Positions 17,299 to 25,569 of a stretch of DNA of 64,000 nt are shown in pieces. The stretch comes from a virus. The number at the start of each line of letters is the position of its first letter. The stretch's first letter is position 1. The stretch lies in IMG/VR virus record IMGVR_UViG_3300044728_000136; one strand, written 5' to 3'. The notes under the pieces are model-generated. The model was not told the DNA's origin, searched no databases, and worked only from the letters and a program-made list of their open reading frames with translations. The position numbers were made by a program, and so were the translations under genes.

Positions 17299-18453
17299 TT
17301 ACAAAATTTCGAACTGAATGCAGAGGTTGATATAGGCCGCGCCAGACCAGTCCCCCCCAACCTTTTGAACGAGGATGTATGGCGCACCCGAATACCAAAC
17401 TTGCGCGATTGCAGTAACACCACCGGAGTAGTCGGAACAGTGGGGTCGCACGAAGCCATCGGCACCAAGTCGTCCAGTAAGTCCCGCAGGAATCAAGAGG
17501 ATGACATGTGGAACAGCCGTTCCGGTCATAGTCCCTTGGACGATCACGTTCCATAGCAACGTCTTACCAATCAACGTATAGTGGTTAACAGTAGGAGCCT
17601 CAGTGACCGTGTAGATCCCGCCGCTGATGCTGGCGAAATTCGCTGGGTCGAAGGGAACGTCGGTCCACTCGCCCATTGCAACAGGACGCCCGCGCTCAAC
17701 AAGACCTTCTGCGACGTACACACGACCCGAACGATTAATTTGAAGGGGCGAGACAATCGTACCCCACGCATCATTCAATGCGTGCAGTTGAAACCACTGA
17801 CCGTTCACCGTGAACTGCCAATTCTTCGCATCAGTCGGTGCGTCAGTCTCAACGAAGTTGAACACGGGATACGCTGAACGAAACGTCACCTGATCCGTGA
17901 ATTCTTGTGTGGCCGTGAACGTGTTCTGTACATCTTTCTTTGCGAGATTCGTTACCAGAATTCCACTGTCTTTGATAACCTTACCAGTCGTATCAGAGTA
18001 CGACGCCACGCGATCAACCACCGCACTGCCGGGACCGGTCACGTTGCCAGTCGCGGTCAAGATCCCCGCCCCCGACATGCTCAGTCCAGAACCGAGCACA
18101 ATGACCTCAGCGGGACCACTGGCCGCACTATTACGTCCGATAAGGCGACTCGGGCTCAGCGAGGGCATCCGTGCGAACGGCAAAGTCCCTGTCGTAAGTT
18201 GCGCGGCATCGAGCGCTAATTCGTCAGCGCCACCGTCCTGATGCGTCGTCGCGTGCGCGGTTGGTGTCACCGTGCCAAGAGCTTTCCATCCCGTATTCCC
18301 CATGCCTGTCTCTTTCACATAGAGACTCGTACCAGCAGTCCCATCTTCTCGGAGATAGATACTGCCTACGGGGGCGGCTTCTTTCCCTTCAGGGTTATCG
18401 ACTCCTGTCACCACCCAACTGTTTTTGTTGAGCACCAATACATTGGTAGGCAT
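17299..18453 (-). CDS. tail fibre protein
   Basis: HATTHQDGGADEL and LIGRNSAASGPAEVIVLGSGLS, motifs I associate with phage tail fibres. Confidence 0.65.
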   Translation of the reverse strand: MPTNVLVLNKNSWVVTGVDNPEGKEAAPVGSIYLREDGTAGTSLYVKETGMGNTGWKALGTVTPTAHATTHQDGGADELALDAAQLTTGTLPFARMPSLSPSRLIGRNSAASGPAEVIVLGSGLSMSGAGILTATGNVTGPGSAVVDRVASYSDTTGKVIKDSGILVTNLAKKDVQNTFTATQEFTDQVTFRSAYPVFNFVETDAPTDAKNWQFTVNGQWFQLHALNDAWGTIVSPLQINRSGRVYVAEGLVERGRPVAMGEWTDVPFDPANFASISGGIYTVTEAPTVNHYTLIGKTLLWNVIVQGTMTGTAVPHVILLIPAGLTGRLGADGFVRPHCSDYSGGVTAIAQVWYSGAPYILVQKVGGDWSGAAYINLCIQFEIL

Positions 18454-19073
18454 CAGCCGACCTCCAAACGGATCGTACAGAACGTGGCATGCACACCCGC
18501 TGAGACAATTGCTTGGGCTTTGTAAGTCTGTCCAGCCACCAAGGTGACCGCAATCGTCTGATGCTGATTGGTGCCCGTGTAATCATCAGCAGTCGCCGTA
18601 CACGCCACACCAGTGCCCGCGACGACGGATGATATGGCATTAATCAGGCGAGGCGTGATACTGACACTGGCATCAGCAGTTTTGCAGTCAGCCACGATAC
18701 GGGCAGTGGCCAACACGGCTGCACTGAGGGTGGGGACAGTAAAGGCGGGCTCCGCGTTGACCAAATCGTAGGTTGCTGCGGCCAAGGGCAGACTGGCGGC
18801 TCTTGAGCCCCCCAGACTGACGGAGAGCCACGTCGGGAGAAGAACGGCGGCAACCCATGCCGACCCGTCCCACGTCAGCAACTGCCCCACCACGGTCCCC
18901 GGAGCCACCCATGTGGCTCCGTAGGCTGAATCGCCGGTATCACGCATCAGGAGCCCGCCGTGGCTCCCCCCCGTGAATTTATGGCCGTCGTTCCAATGGG
19001 ACGCCTGTACCAACGAGGCGTCGGCGCTATCCCCCTTGGCACTGACGAACGTATGTTTCAGTACATTCGCCAT
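18453..19073 (-). CDS. tail fibre-associated protein
   Basis: N-terminal SAKGDSADASLVQASHWNDGHKF resembles fibre N-termini. A GGGAG SD is preceded directly by a motif copy. Confidence 0.55.
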   Translation of the reverse strand: MANVLKHTFVSAKGDSADASLVQASHWNDGHKFTGGSHGGLLMRDTGDSAYGATWVAPGTVVGQLLTWDGSAWVAAVLLPTWLSVSLGGSRAASLPLAAATYDLVNAEPAFTVPTLSAAVLATARIVADCKTADASVSITPRLINAISSVVAGTGVACTATADDYTGTNQHQTIAVTLVAGQTYKAQAIVSAGVHATFCTIRLEVG

Positions 19074-19086
19074 TCACGACACTCCC

Positions 19087-19100
19087 TGCAATCAATTGCA
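19087..19100. repeat. 14-bp quasi-palindrome copy (perfect)
   Basis: Intergenic, between the TAA of 19103..19429 and the SD of 18453..19073. Confidence 0.8.
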
Positions 19101-19102
19101 AC

Positions 19103-19429
19103 TTACAGTGCGAACCACCCGCTGGCATGCACGGTGACGTTGATGTTGCCAGTATTCGGAGTAACGGGCATTCCGGTCATGCCGGTGTCGTAGAACGCCA
19201 ACAGAGGGTCTGCTGTGGGGGTGGTGGGGGTGTCGTTCCAGAGGATGATGTTCTCGGACACATCGCCGGTCACAGCCGTCCATACGAAATCGGCGGTATC
19301 GAACACCCCGTCTACAATCGTGGGGGATGTTAATTGAGGAGAGACAGCTACCTTCGCTGCCGCTGGCACTTGTGCATCGGCATACGTGTTGTGGGTGGCT
19401 GAATAGGTGTAGTCGGCTCCATCGATCAA
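19103..19429 (-). CDS. hypothetical protein
   Basis: ORF track, 108 aa, TTG start. The frame stays open ~120 nt further upstream without a canonical start. Confidence 0.45.
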   Translation of the reverse strand: MIDGADYTYSATHNTYADAQVPAAAKVAVSPQLTSPTIVDGVFDTADFVWTAVTGDVSENIILWNDTPTTPTADPLLAFYDTGMTGMPVTPNTGNINVTVHASGWFAL

Positions 19430-19529
19430 GGTGGCCTTGATGATGTCTGTGCTGAGGTTGTGTTCCTTATTGAGAAGCGCCTGTTTGCCCTTGGGATACA
19501 GAACGTTTGCCGTATAGCTACCCTCTTTT

Positions 19530-19928
19530 CTACAGGTGGGGATCCACCTTTAACTGCGGAAGGATTATTAGCTGATCCGCAGGCGTACCGTCCTGCCGAT
19601 CACCAGCTTCTAAACGTGCGTGTGGACGGACTTCAGAGGCGGGGCCGAACCCATTGAGGAGGAATTGCTTCCACAGGGTGTGGATATATTCTGTGTACGG
19701 CCCTTCGTGGACCGGATGCCCTTCCGTACGAATCTTGATTTCCCAGTACAGCCGTCCATGTTCATCTGTGGCGGCTTTGACGTTCATCTCGGAGGCCCCA
19801 CCAAACATTTTCAATCCAAATCGAGCACAGTTCTCTTTGACGGTTTGAAACGGAGGCTTCTTCGTGCCGTCTGGATACACACGATACTCCCAGAGGGACC
19901 ATCTCTGGTTTTTACTGTTGGGATCCAC
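19530..19928 (-). CDS. hypothetical protein
   Basis: ORF track, 132 aa, GTG start overlapping the upstream gene end. Confidence 0.45.
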   Translation of the reverse strand: MDPNSKNQRWSLWEYRVYPDGTKKPPFQTVKENCARFGLKMFGGASEMNVKAATDEHGRLYWEIKIRTEGHPVHEGPYTEYIHTLWKQFLLNGFGPASEVRPHARLEAGDRQDGTPADQLIILPQLKVDPHL

Positions 19929-20160
19929 TGGGCTTCTCTGCGAGGATGTTATCCTCTGCGGCCTTCACGGCGGTTGGGGCGTCCTTGGCTTCGAAGAAGT
20001 GCATCTTCAACGGATGTTGTCGGTGTGCGGGGTCAACCCAACACAGATAGCAAATCGGATACGCCGTCATCAACTCGGACTCAGCATCCCGGGCCACTCC
20101 CACAAACGGATGATTCGCTGCGACCGCTCCACAGCCTGAACACAGTTGCTCGTCAGCCAT
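19912..20160 (-). CDS. Cys-rich hypothetical protein
   Basis: Track ORF trimmed to the second ATG after GGGGAGG (MADEQLCSGCG..CYLC). Confidence 0.45.
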   Translation of the reverse strand: MADEQLCSGCGAVAANHPFVGVARDAESELMTAYPICYLCWVDPAHRQHPLKMHFFEAKDAPTAVKAAEDNILAEKPSGSQQ

Positions 20161-20163
20161 CAT

Positions 20164-20512
20164 GCCTCCCCTAGACACACGACGACCAAGAGTACACCGT
20201 ACCCTTGGTCGTCGCAACTACTTTCTTGACCTGTTTTCTAGCTCACGGCCTCTCGCCTACAGCGGCCAGCGCGAGGACTTCTGTGCATCCCGTGCTTCAC
20301 AGCCCACCCGCATTAGGGCTCCACACCGGGGACAAACCCGGATACCTTGCTGTATACTCTTTATCAGCTTCATTGCCATCGAAGGCTCCACCGATACAGA
20401 CCAACAAGGGCCTTACCCAAAACCATTTAATATCCACATACCAACATTTTTTTCTAGTCTTACTTCATTGTCTATCACATTGTCGTCACTCCGTGCAATC
20501 AATTGCACCTGT
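20164..20512 (-). other. ~350-bp region without an ORF of 60 aa or more on the coding strand; structured leader or possible ncRNA
   Basis: Contains a motif copy, an SD followed by ATG-TGA, a 10-bp hairpin (20181..20190 / 20204..20213) and CCGGG..CCCGG near 20335. The plus-strand track ORFs here look non-protein-like. Confidence 0.3.
20494..20507. repeat. 14-bp quasi-palindrome copy (perfect)
   Basis: Intergenic, 6 nt after the stop of 20513..20692, followed by GGAGTGA. Confidence 0.8.
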
Positions 20513-20692
20513 TCACTGACTACTCACTAAGCTCGATAGTCCCTGCAAGGCCATCATCATCTTCATGAATTCTTCGGGGTCTTTGGGCTGAAGGACCACG
20601 GTGCCAATCTCCATGTCCTCAATCTCATAAAGCTCTTTGACCGGCACCAGTTCTCCATCATCAATGATGAAGTCTGTGGCCTTACCGTCCAT
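20513..20692 (-). CDS. hypothetical protein (59 aa)
   Basis: Track ORF trimmed to ATG 20692 (GGAGGG + 4 nt), which overlaps the upstream stop. Confidence 0.4.
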   Translation of the reverse strand: MDGKATDFIIDDGELVPVKELYEIEDMEIGTVVLQPKDPEEFMKMMMALQGLSSLVSSQ

Positions 20693-20897
20693 CCGACCCT
20701 CCGGGTTCATGCCCCACATGATACCACTGACACACCCCACACTGGTACACCACTAAGCGATCTTTGTCCCGGCCCCCCGGAGATCGCAGAAGTGCCCGTA
20801 GATGGGCCTTCGCTGCCCCCTCAGACTTCCATTGCTGCTTGCGCCAGCAATAGCTCGGACGGAGCCCAATCAGTCGCGCTACCTCACCCAGTCTCAT
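20682..20897 (-). CDS. small HTH plus CxxCxxxH zinc-ribbon-like protein
   Basis: LGEVARLIGLRPSY followed by VVYQCGVCQWYHVGH; GGAGTGAGCC precedes the ATG. Confidence 0.5.
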   Translation of the reverse strand: MRLGEVARLIGLRPSYCWRKQQWKSEGAAKAHLRALLRSPGGRDKDRLVVYQCGVCQWYHVGHEPGGSDGR

Positions 20898-20923
20898 GGC
20901 TCACTCCATTGACCTGTGTTACT

Positions 20924-21112
20924 TCAGGGCCAGTTCCACGGTTCCGATCCACGAGTCCCCGTCCGGTACAGATGTTCCTTCATCCACCGCTCCGGCATCT
21001 GCATTGGCGTTTTGTTCCAATTCCGTTGCTTGTGGCGTGTCCACACCGTCATCAGAATCAGGACCAGCACCCCGCTGGCCCCGATGAGGAGGATGTTGTC
21101 CATGTCCCTCAT
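20924..21112 (-). CDS. small membrane protein (1 TM)
   Basis: Trimmed to ATG 21112 (ATGA overlap). ILLIGASGVLVLILMTVW is hydrophobic. Confidence 0.45.
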   Translation of the reverse strand: MRDMDNILLIGASGVLVLILMTVWTRHKQRNWNKTPMQMPERWMKEHLYRTGTRGSEPWNWP

Positions 21113-22182
21113 GATACCAATTCCTTGACGCACTCGGGGCATACTGCGTGACCGTGGAGCATCTTGACGTCCTCGGAGGCCACTTCACAAAAGATGCAGG
21201 CGGCTTTGACCGTCTCCGACCCGTCGTCTACCCAGTCGGTATTCGGGGCCAGAAAGTCTTCCATGAGCTTCGACTCGACCGGCTCAAGGTCACCCACGTC
21301 GCCGGGATTCGGGCCGTAGGAAGCCGTCAGGGGGCCGTCTGTAACCGTCACAGACACCGCGCCCGTGGCTTTGGCCAAGGACTCGGCCAACTCGTTGATC
21401 GTCGTGTGTGTAGCCGGGGAGATGGTCAGGGTGGGGCCTGTGGTCATGTCCACCACGGGAGTGTCCAGCAGGTACTCGCTGAAGGGCTCCGACTTCACCG
21501 GAGCGACTGAGGCTTGCGCCTCAGCCTTCTCAGCCGCTGCCAGCCACTCCGTCTTGAAGCCCCACCGCTCCGCGCAATCGGGGCCGAAGCCCACCAGCGC
21601 CGACCGGTCTTCCTTGCCGTAGCCGACGCTCTTGCCGCAGAAGCAGCAATGCCCCGTCAGCTTGCCGTGGTCCTTGGCGACTCGCACAGGGTTGCTCGCC
21701 AACTCCGTCAGGAGCGCCGTCAGAGCCGTCAGGAAGGAACCGTAGGCCGCATGCGCGGGGGTGAAGGTGCCTTCGGGGCTCACGCGACCGTAGAACGTGC
21801 GGTTGGGGTAGGTGCCTTCGCCCGAGATGGAGATGAACCCGGGGGACTTCGACTTCGCGCCGTTCAGCGAGAGGATGACTTTCGTCCCGTCGATCATCAG
21901 GCGAATCTTGGGGAACTTGAGGACCGTCACCTTGGCGAAGAGAGCCACGACGCCCGCGAAGCCGCCCACGTTGACCGCTGTCGGGGCCGCGAGAAGAGCC
22001 GAGAACACCGGGGCCTCCGCACGGGCGATCAGCTTCTCGATCCACGGCGCTTGCTTGACGGTCAGCGAGCCGTACTTCTTGAACGACCGAATCAGGTCGG
22101 ACGCGAATTTCGCGTCATTGGCTTTCGTGAGCTTCGGAATCAGGGTTTCCAGCTTGGCGACGGATTCGGTCAGGGTCATCAT
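21109..22182 (-). CDS. hypothetical protein with a GHCCFCGK..GFGPDCA zinc motif (DUF6011-like as I recall)
   Basis: Start at ATG 22182 after AAGGAGTGAGCCCACAC. C-terminal CIFCE..CPEC. Confidence 0.55.
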   Translation of the reverse strand: MMTLTESVAKLETLIPKLTKANDAKFASDLIRSFKKYGSLTVKQAPWIEKLIARAEAPVFSALLAAPTAVNVGGFAGVVALFAKVTVLKFPKIRLMIDGTKVILSLNGAKSKSPGFISISGEGTYPNRTFYGRVSPEGTFTPAHAAYGSFLTALTALLTELASNPVRVAKDHGKLTGHCCFCGKSVGYGKEDRSALVGFGPDCAERWGFKTEWLAAAEKAEAQASVAPVKSEPFSEYLLDTPVVDMTTGPTLTISPATHTTINELAESLAKATGAVSVTVTDGPLTASYGPNPGDVGDLEPVESKLMEDFLAPNTDWVDDGSETVKAACIFCEVASEDVKMLHGHAVCPECVKELVS

Positions 22183-22218
22183 GTGTGGGCTCACTCCTTG
22201 AGCGGTTGACGTAAGACC

Positions 22219-22247
22219 AGTATGACAGGTTGCCGGGGGTTTGTCAA
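22219..22247 (-). promoter_or_regulatory. sigma70-type promoter TTGACA-17-CATACT
   Basis: -35 at 22247..22242, containing the TGA stop of 22244..22495; -10 at 22224..22219. Confidence 0.5.
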
Positions 22248-22495
22248 GGGCCTATTTTTAGGCCGTTTCCCTTTTTAACCTTTTTCCTCACAAACAGGAT
22301 CTGGTCATTCGTATGGATCACACACACACCCTTCGTGGCTAATTCGTAGAGATTCTGAAGATTGCGCTCGATATGCTGTCGCCGCCGCCCGTGCATCGGT
22401 ACATCATTCAGGGCCTTGCGGGTGTTCTCGATGAGATACTCCGTATGCGCTGCGATCCGTTCAGGGGTCCACCGTATTCTCACGGTCACTTTCAT
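22244..22495 (-). CDS. hypothetical protein (83 aa)
   Basis: Trimmed to ATG 22495 (TAGGAG + 7 nt; the TAG is the upstream stop). Confidence 0.45.
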   Translation of the reverse strand: MKVTVRIRWTPERIAAHTEYLIENTRKALNDVPMHGRRRQHIERNLQNLYELATKGVCVIHTNDQILFVRKKVKKGNGLKIGP

Positions 22496-22505
22496 GATTA
22501 GACTC

Positions 22506-22850
22506 CTACTTCTTTTCGATATCACGGTGCTCGACAGATACTCCAAGCTCCCGGCCCAGACGTTCGGCCAGAAACACGCTGCGATGATGGCCCCCCGTAC
22601 AGCCGATATAAACAACCTCAGACCCAGACTTCTCGACTCGCTCTTTCAGGTCACAGTACTTCTGAAGAAAGTCAGGCGTCTTCATGATGTCTTTCTGGAC
22701 TTCCAGATCCGTCCCACGCATGTAGCGGAGCGTCTTATCGTGGTAGGGATTCTTGAATTTTTGACGGACATCAATCACCGTCACGCCTTCGATGACGTTG
22801 GGTCCACCCCCTTCATGACGGAATCCGAAACTGATGATCTTCTTCAACAT
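22506..22850 (-). CDS. RapZ C-terminal-domain-like protein (no P-loop N-domain)
   Basis: SFGFRHEGGGP..VIDVRQKFKNPYHDKTLRYMRGTD..YIGCTGGHHRSVFLAERL matches the remembered RapZ CTD pattern SFGFK..VFDVRFLPNP..LR..TG.D..IGCTGGQHRSV. ATG 22850 follows AAGGAG + 5 nt. Confidence 0.6.
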   Translation of the reverse strand: MLKKIISFGFRHEGGGPNVIEGVTVIDVRQKFKNPYHDKTLRYMRGTDLEVQKDIMKTPDFLQKYCDLKERVEKSGSEVVYIGCTGGHHRSVFLAERLGRELGVSVEHRDIEKK

Positions 22851-22865
22851 AGGCACTCCTTTGCC

Positions 22866-23150
22866 TTATTTTCCGCCGACCATATAGCCTACGACAAAGG
22901 CACAGACGGCAATAAACCAAGCATACCACGCGGGTACATATCCTGCCAGAGGGTTTTTCATACCTGATTGTTCAATTTCGTCTGCGACATGCCGTAACAT
23001 CGCCACGACGTACAGCGTTAACGACAGAGGCAGTTGTGCAGACATCCCATTTCCCTTCTCGACTCCGAGCACCAGCACAACCACGCCTTCGGCCTTGGCC
23101 GTCTCCCGCACATAGGTGGCCAGATCATCGTACTTCCCCGGTCCTATCAT
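22866..23150 (-). CDS. hypothetical protein with a C-terminal TM segment
   Basis: ORF track, 94 aa. Confidence 0.45.
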   Translation of the reverse strand: MIGPGKYDDLATYVRETAKAEGVVVLVLGVEKGNGMSAQLPLSLTLYVVAMLRHVADEIEQSGMKNPLAGYVPAWYAWFIAVCAFVVGYMVGGK

Positions 23151-23377
23151 GGCGTCAACTCCACCAGTGTGCCTTCTTGTAGTTCGAACGCCACCAATCG
23201 AATGGTCTTGCCGTAAAAGCTAGCCTGCATTTGCAGTTGACCGATGATTTCAGGCCGGTCAATCTTTTCACGCTTCAGGGACACCAACGGGATATATCCT
23301 GCGGGCACCAGTGCCTGTTTCAAACCGATTTGACCGGAGCCTAGCTCGTCTTCTCCGATCCATGCGTAGAGGGTCAC
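23147..23377 (-). CDS. hypothetical protein
   Basis: ORF track, 76 aa; coupled overlaps with both neighbours. Confidence 0.45.
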   Translation of the reverse strand: MTLYAWIGEDELGSGQIGLKQALVPAGYIPLVSLKREKIDRPEIIGQLQMQASFYGKTIRLVAFELQEGTLVELTP

Positions 23378-23577
23378 TTAGCCTCCTGATCACGATGGAT
23401 ATCGTTCTGACTACCTACTCGCGCCGTGTACCACCGCACACTTCGCTGGATACTTGCGGCCAGTGCCGTGAGACGACGTTGCTCCTCGGGTGACTCCGAC
23501 AGCAGGAGATCGATCTTGACCTGTTCCAATCGAGCCTTCAATTCTTCGGCACGCTGAAGGAAATTGAGTTTCGACAT
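23374..23577 (-). CDS. hypothetical coiled-coil protein
   Basis: ORF track, 67 aa. An AAGGAG SD is preceded directly by a motif copy. Confidence 0.5.
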   Translation of the reverse strand: MSKLNFLQRAEELKARLEQVKIDLLLSESPEEQRRLTALAASIQRSVRWYTARVGSQNDIHRDQEAK

Positions 23578-23586
23578 CGCACTCCT

Positions 23587-23600
23587 TGCAATTGATTGCA
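23587..23600. repeat. 14-bp quasi-palindrome copy (perfect)
   Basis: Intergenic; abuts the SD of 23374..23577. Confidence 0.8.
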
Positions 23601-23607
23601 GTCTGAT

Positions 23608-23826
23608 TCAGACGTTCGCGACGATCAACCACTCCTCACCAGACTTGTAGTTCGCACACTGAATCTCGCCGTTCTCAGCCGTGGTGACCTCTTCTTGCGT
23701 CCACGTCTTGTCACGATGTTCGAAAGAGGCTGGGAATTCTCCAAGCGTCCACCCGAGTGCCGTGGCATTCACCACCATCTCCCGCAGATTCTTTACCACC
23801 ACCTCCCGCAGATTCTCATTTGACAT
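23608..23826 (-). CDS. hypothetical protein
   Basis: ORF track, 72 aa, with an internal direct repeat NLREVVV/NLREMVV. Confidence 0.45.
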   Translation of the reverse strand: MSNENLREVVVKNLREMVVNATALGWTLGEFPASFEHRDKTWTQEEVTTAENGEIQCANYKSGEEWLIVANV

Positions 23827-24349
23827 TGTGCCCTCCCCATCGGATCGTAGCAGAAGCTCCGAGCGTCGTGGGGCTCAACGTCGGATACACGGTGACCTTC
23901 CGTGTCTTGGGTCGTGTCCCGATATACGCCATCAGGATGCCCGATCCCAGTGCAATCAAACCGATTTGTGCCACCGTGACGCCCGGGCCGCATCCCCCAT
24001 AGTCCACGCTATAGGTGCTCACGCAATACGTGTCACCCAGAATGTGATACTGCTCACCGTGGGGAAGGAGCATCAAGGCCCCAATCAACCCGGTAATCGC
24101 GCCTGTCGCCGTGAGCTTCGGGCTCAGTGTCTCCCCTGTCCTCACTCGTATTTTCTGCGTCTTCGGATTCTTCTCGACGACGGCTCGCTCTGCTTGACAG
24201 GCCACAGCCTGCTCCACCGAATCCATCATATTCCACTGTTCGACCGACACGTCCTGTGGACGATGACACCCGTAGTGCGCGTCCTGTGCCCACGTCGGCG
24301 TACTGCTCATCACCAAACTCACGATCACGATCCACGCAGTCTTCTTCAC
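23816..24349 (-). CDS. secreted/membrane protein with a signal peptide
   Basis: GTG start after AAGGAG + 6 nt. MKKTAWIVIVSLVMSSTPTWAQD signal-like N-terminus plus later hydrophobic segments. Confidence 0.55.
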   Translation of the reverse strand: MKKTAWIVIVSLVMSSTPTWAQDAHYGCHRPQDVSVEQWNMMDSVEQAVACQAERAVVEKNPKTQKIRVRTGETLSPKLTATGAITGLIGALMLLPHGEQYHILGDTYCVSTYSVDYGGCGPGVTVAQIGLIALGSGILMAYIGTRPKTRKVTVYPTLSPTTLGASATIRWGGHNVK

Positions 24350-24360
24350 CTGTCACTCCT

Positions 24361-24507
24361 TTACAGCTTGTTTTCCGGTCGGACCTCGACGCCTCGATTG
24401 CGTCTCATCCACGCCACCACGGCGTCAGTCAACGTCCGCTCGCACTCGTCGCACAAATCGTAGTTTGGTGACAATGACTTCGTGGGGCAGGGGAGTCTGA
24501 CGCTCAT
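24361..24507 (-). CDS. small ORF (48 aa), Cys-containing
   Basis: Own translation: MSVRLPCPTKSLSPNYDLCDECERTL... ATGA overlap with the upstream small ORF. Confidence 0.35.
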   Translation of the reverse strand: MSVRLPCPTKSLSPNYDLCDECERTLTDAVVAWMRRNRGVEVRPENKL

Positions 24508-24683
24508 GCGGCCTCACAGTGCTCGCACCGGTTACAGGCGAGCATCGCGCCCGTGCGACGGACTTCGGTGCCCATGCCCCGTAGGGCGTAGCCTCGGTCA
24601 GTAATCGGGAAGGTCACCAGACGACCCCCGTCCTTGCCTTCGTAGCGTTGGAGGGTGCCGCCGCACTCACAGAGTTTCTTCAT
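24504..24683 (-). CDS. small zinc-ribbon ORF (59 aa), apparently leaderless
   Basis: Own translation: MKKLCECGGTLQRYEG...ACNRCEHCEAA. The ATG lies 6 nt after the -10 box. Confidence 0.4.
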   Translation of the reverse strand: MKKLCECGGTLQRYEGKDGGRLVTFPITDRGYALRGMGTEVRRTGAMLACNRCEHCEAA

Positions 24684-24689
24684 GGTCCG

Positions 24690-24718
24690 ATTGTCTCACA
24701 CTTTGTCGGATTTGTCAA
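24690..24718 (-). promoter_or_regulatory. sigma70-type promoter TTGACA-17-GACAAT (TGnGA extended)
   Basis: -35 at 24718..24713, -10 at 24695..24690; ATG 24683 lies 6 nt downstream. Confidence 0.55.
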
Positions 24719-24965
24719 TTGCTCTCAATCGAGCATTGGCTTCCTCGATGCTCAGCATCTTGACGTCCACGTCTTGCGCCTTCCACACGTCGCCGTCTGG
24801 AAAGGTAAAACAATGATCCTCTAACAGGCCCCGACCGTCCAACCACTCTACGAGCAACTGAATCTTGCCGGTCAGTTCCGTGACGACGTGTCGAAGCGCC
24901 TCGGCCTCCATCACGGGATCAGGCGGAGACAGTTCAGGCGGTAGCTGGTGGTGTCGTTCGGTCAT
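24696..24965 (-). CDS. hypothetical protein
   Basis: ORF track, 89 aa. Confidence 0.45.
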   Translation of the reverse strand: MTERHHQLPPELSPPDPVMEAEALRHVVTELTGKIQLLVEWLDGRGLLEDHCFTFPDGDVWKAQDVDVKMLSIEEANARLRAIDKSDKV

Positions 24966-25141
24966 GATTTTCCTCCTGCTGATTGCATGAGTCCAAAGGA
25001 CATGATCCCGAGCACTAATTGGCTCATGGGCGTCATCAGTTCCGGATGCAGGGCTCTCAAGGTGTCGAAGCCGCTATACAGGAAGTACAACGTCATGACG
25101 ATGAGAAACACGTTCAGCACGGTCTTGATTATCTCAGTCAT
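24962..25141 (-). CDS. small membrane protein (2 TM)
   Basis: Trimmed to ATG 25141 (MTEIIKTVLNVFLIVMTLYFLY..), which overlaps the upstream stop. Confidence 0.45.
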   Translation of the reverse strand: MTEIIKTVLNVFLIVMTLYFLYSGFDTLRALHPELMTPMSQLVLGIMSFGLMQSAGGKS

Positions 25142-25460
25142 ACGCCACATCCGCTGCCACGACACGCAAAGCTTCCCACTGTTCCTCGGTGACGCCGATC
25201 TCGCGGGCCTTCAGCAACAGGGCATCCGTGGCCTTCCGTGCCGCGTAGCGAGCAATCCAATAGCCGCGTCCCTTCGCCCCCAGCGTGGACATCGCTTCCA
25301 CCGGAGGCACGGTCACCATGTACTCCCCGGTCTGGCGGTAGTATTCTTTGACGCCCTCAACCACGGCATCCCGATACAAATCGTCCACAGGCTCCTCCTC
25401 ATCGCTCTCGGGTTCAGGTTCACCCCACGGATCGTAGGGTTCGTCTAGTCGGTAGTCCAC
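25134..25460 (-). CDS. hypothetical acidic protein
   Basis: GTG 25460 follows AAGGAG + 5 nt. Confidence 0.45.
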   Translation of the reverse strand: MDYRLDEPYDPWGEPEPESDEEEPVDDLYRDAVVEGVKEYYRQTGEYMVTVPPVEAMSTLGAKGRGYWIARYAARKATDALLLKAREIGVTEEQWEALRVVAADVAYD

Positions 25461-25489
25461 GCTCACTCCTTGAGAAAATTGACTCCCCT

Positions 25490-25517
25490 ATCGTAGCACA
25501 ACCACAAGTTTTGTCAA
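25490..25517 (-). promoter_or_regulatory. sigma70-type promoter TTGACA-16-TACGAT
   Basis: -35 at 25517..25512, -10 at 25495..25490. Confidence 0.5.
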
Positions 25518-25569
25518 GCGTGGAGATCGAGCCCCGTTCAGGTAGTGAATCGTCTGACAGTCTTCGCAC

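Noticed and set aside
20290-20400. A possible tRNA or tmRNA, based on CCGGG-TTTGTC-CCCGG and repeated GGTGGAGCC.
   Set aside because: The loop has 6 nt rather than 7 and is not T-loop-like. No acceptor stem could be built.
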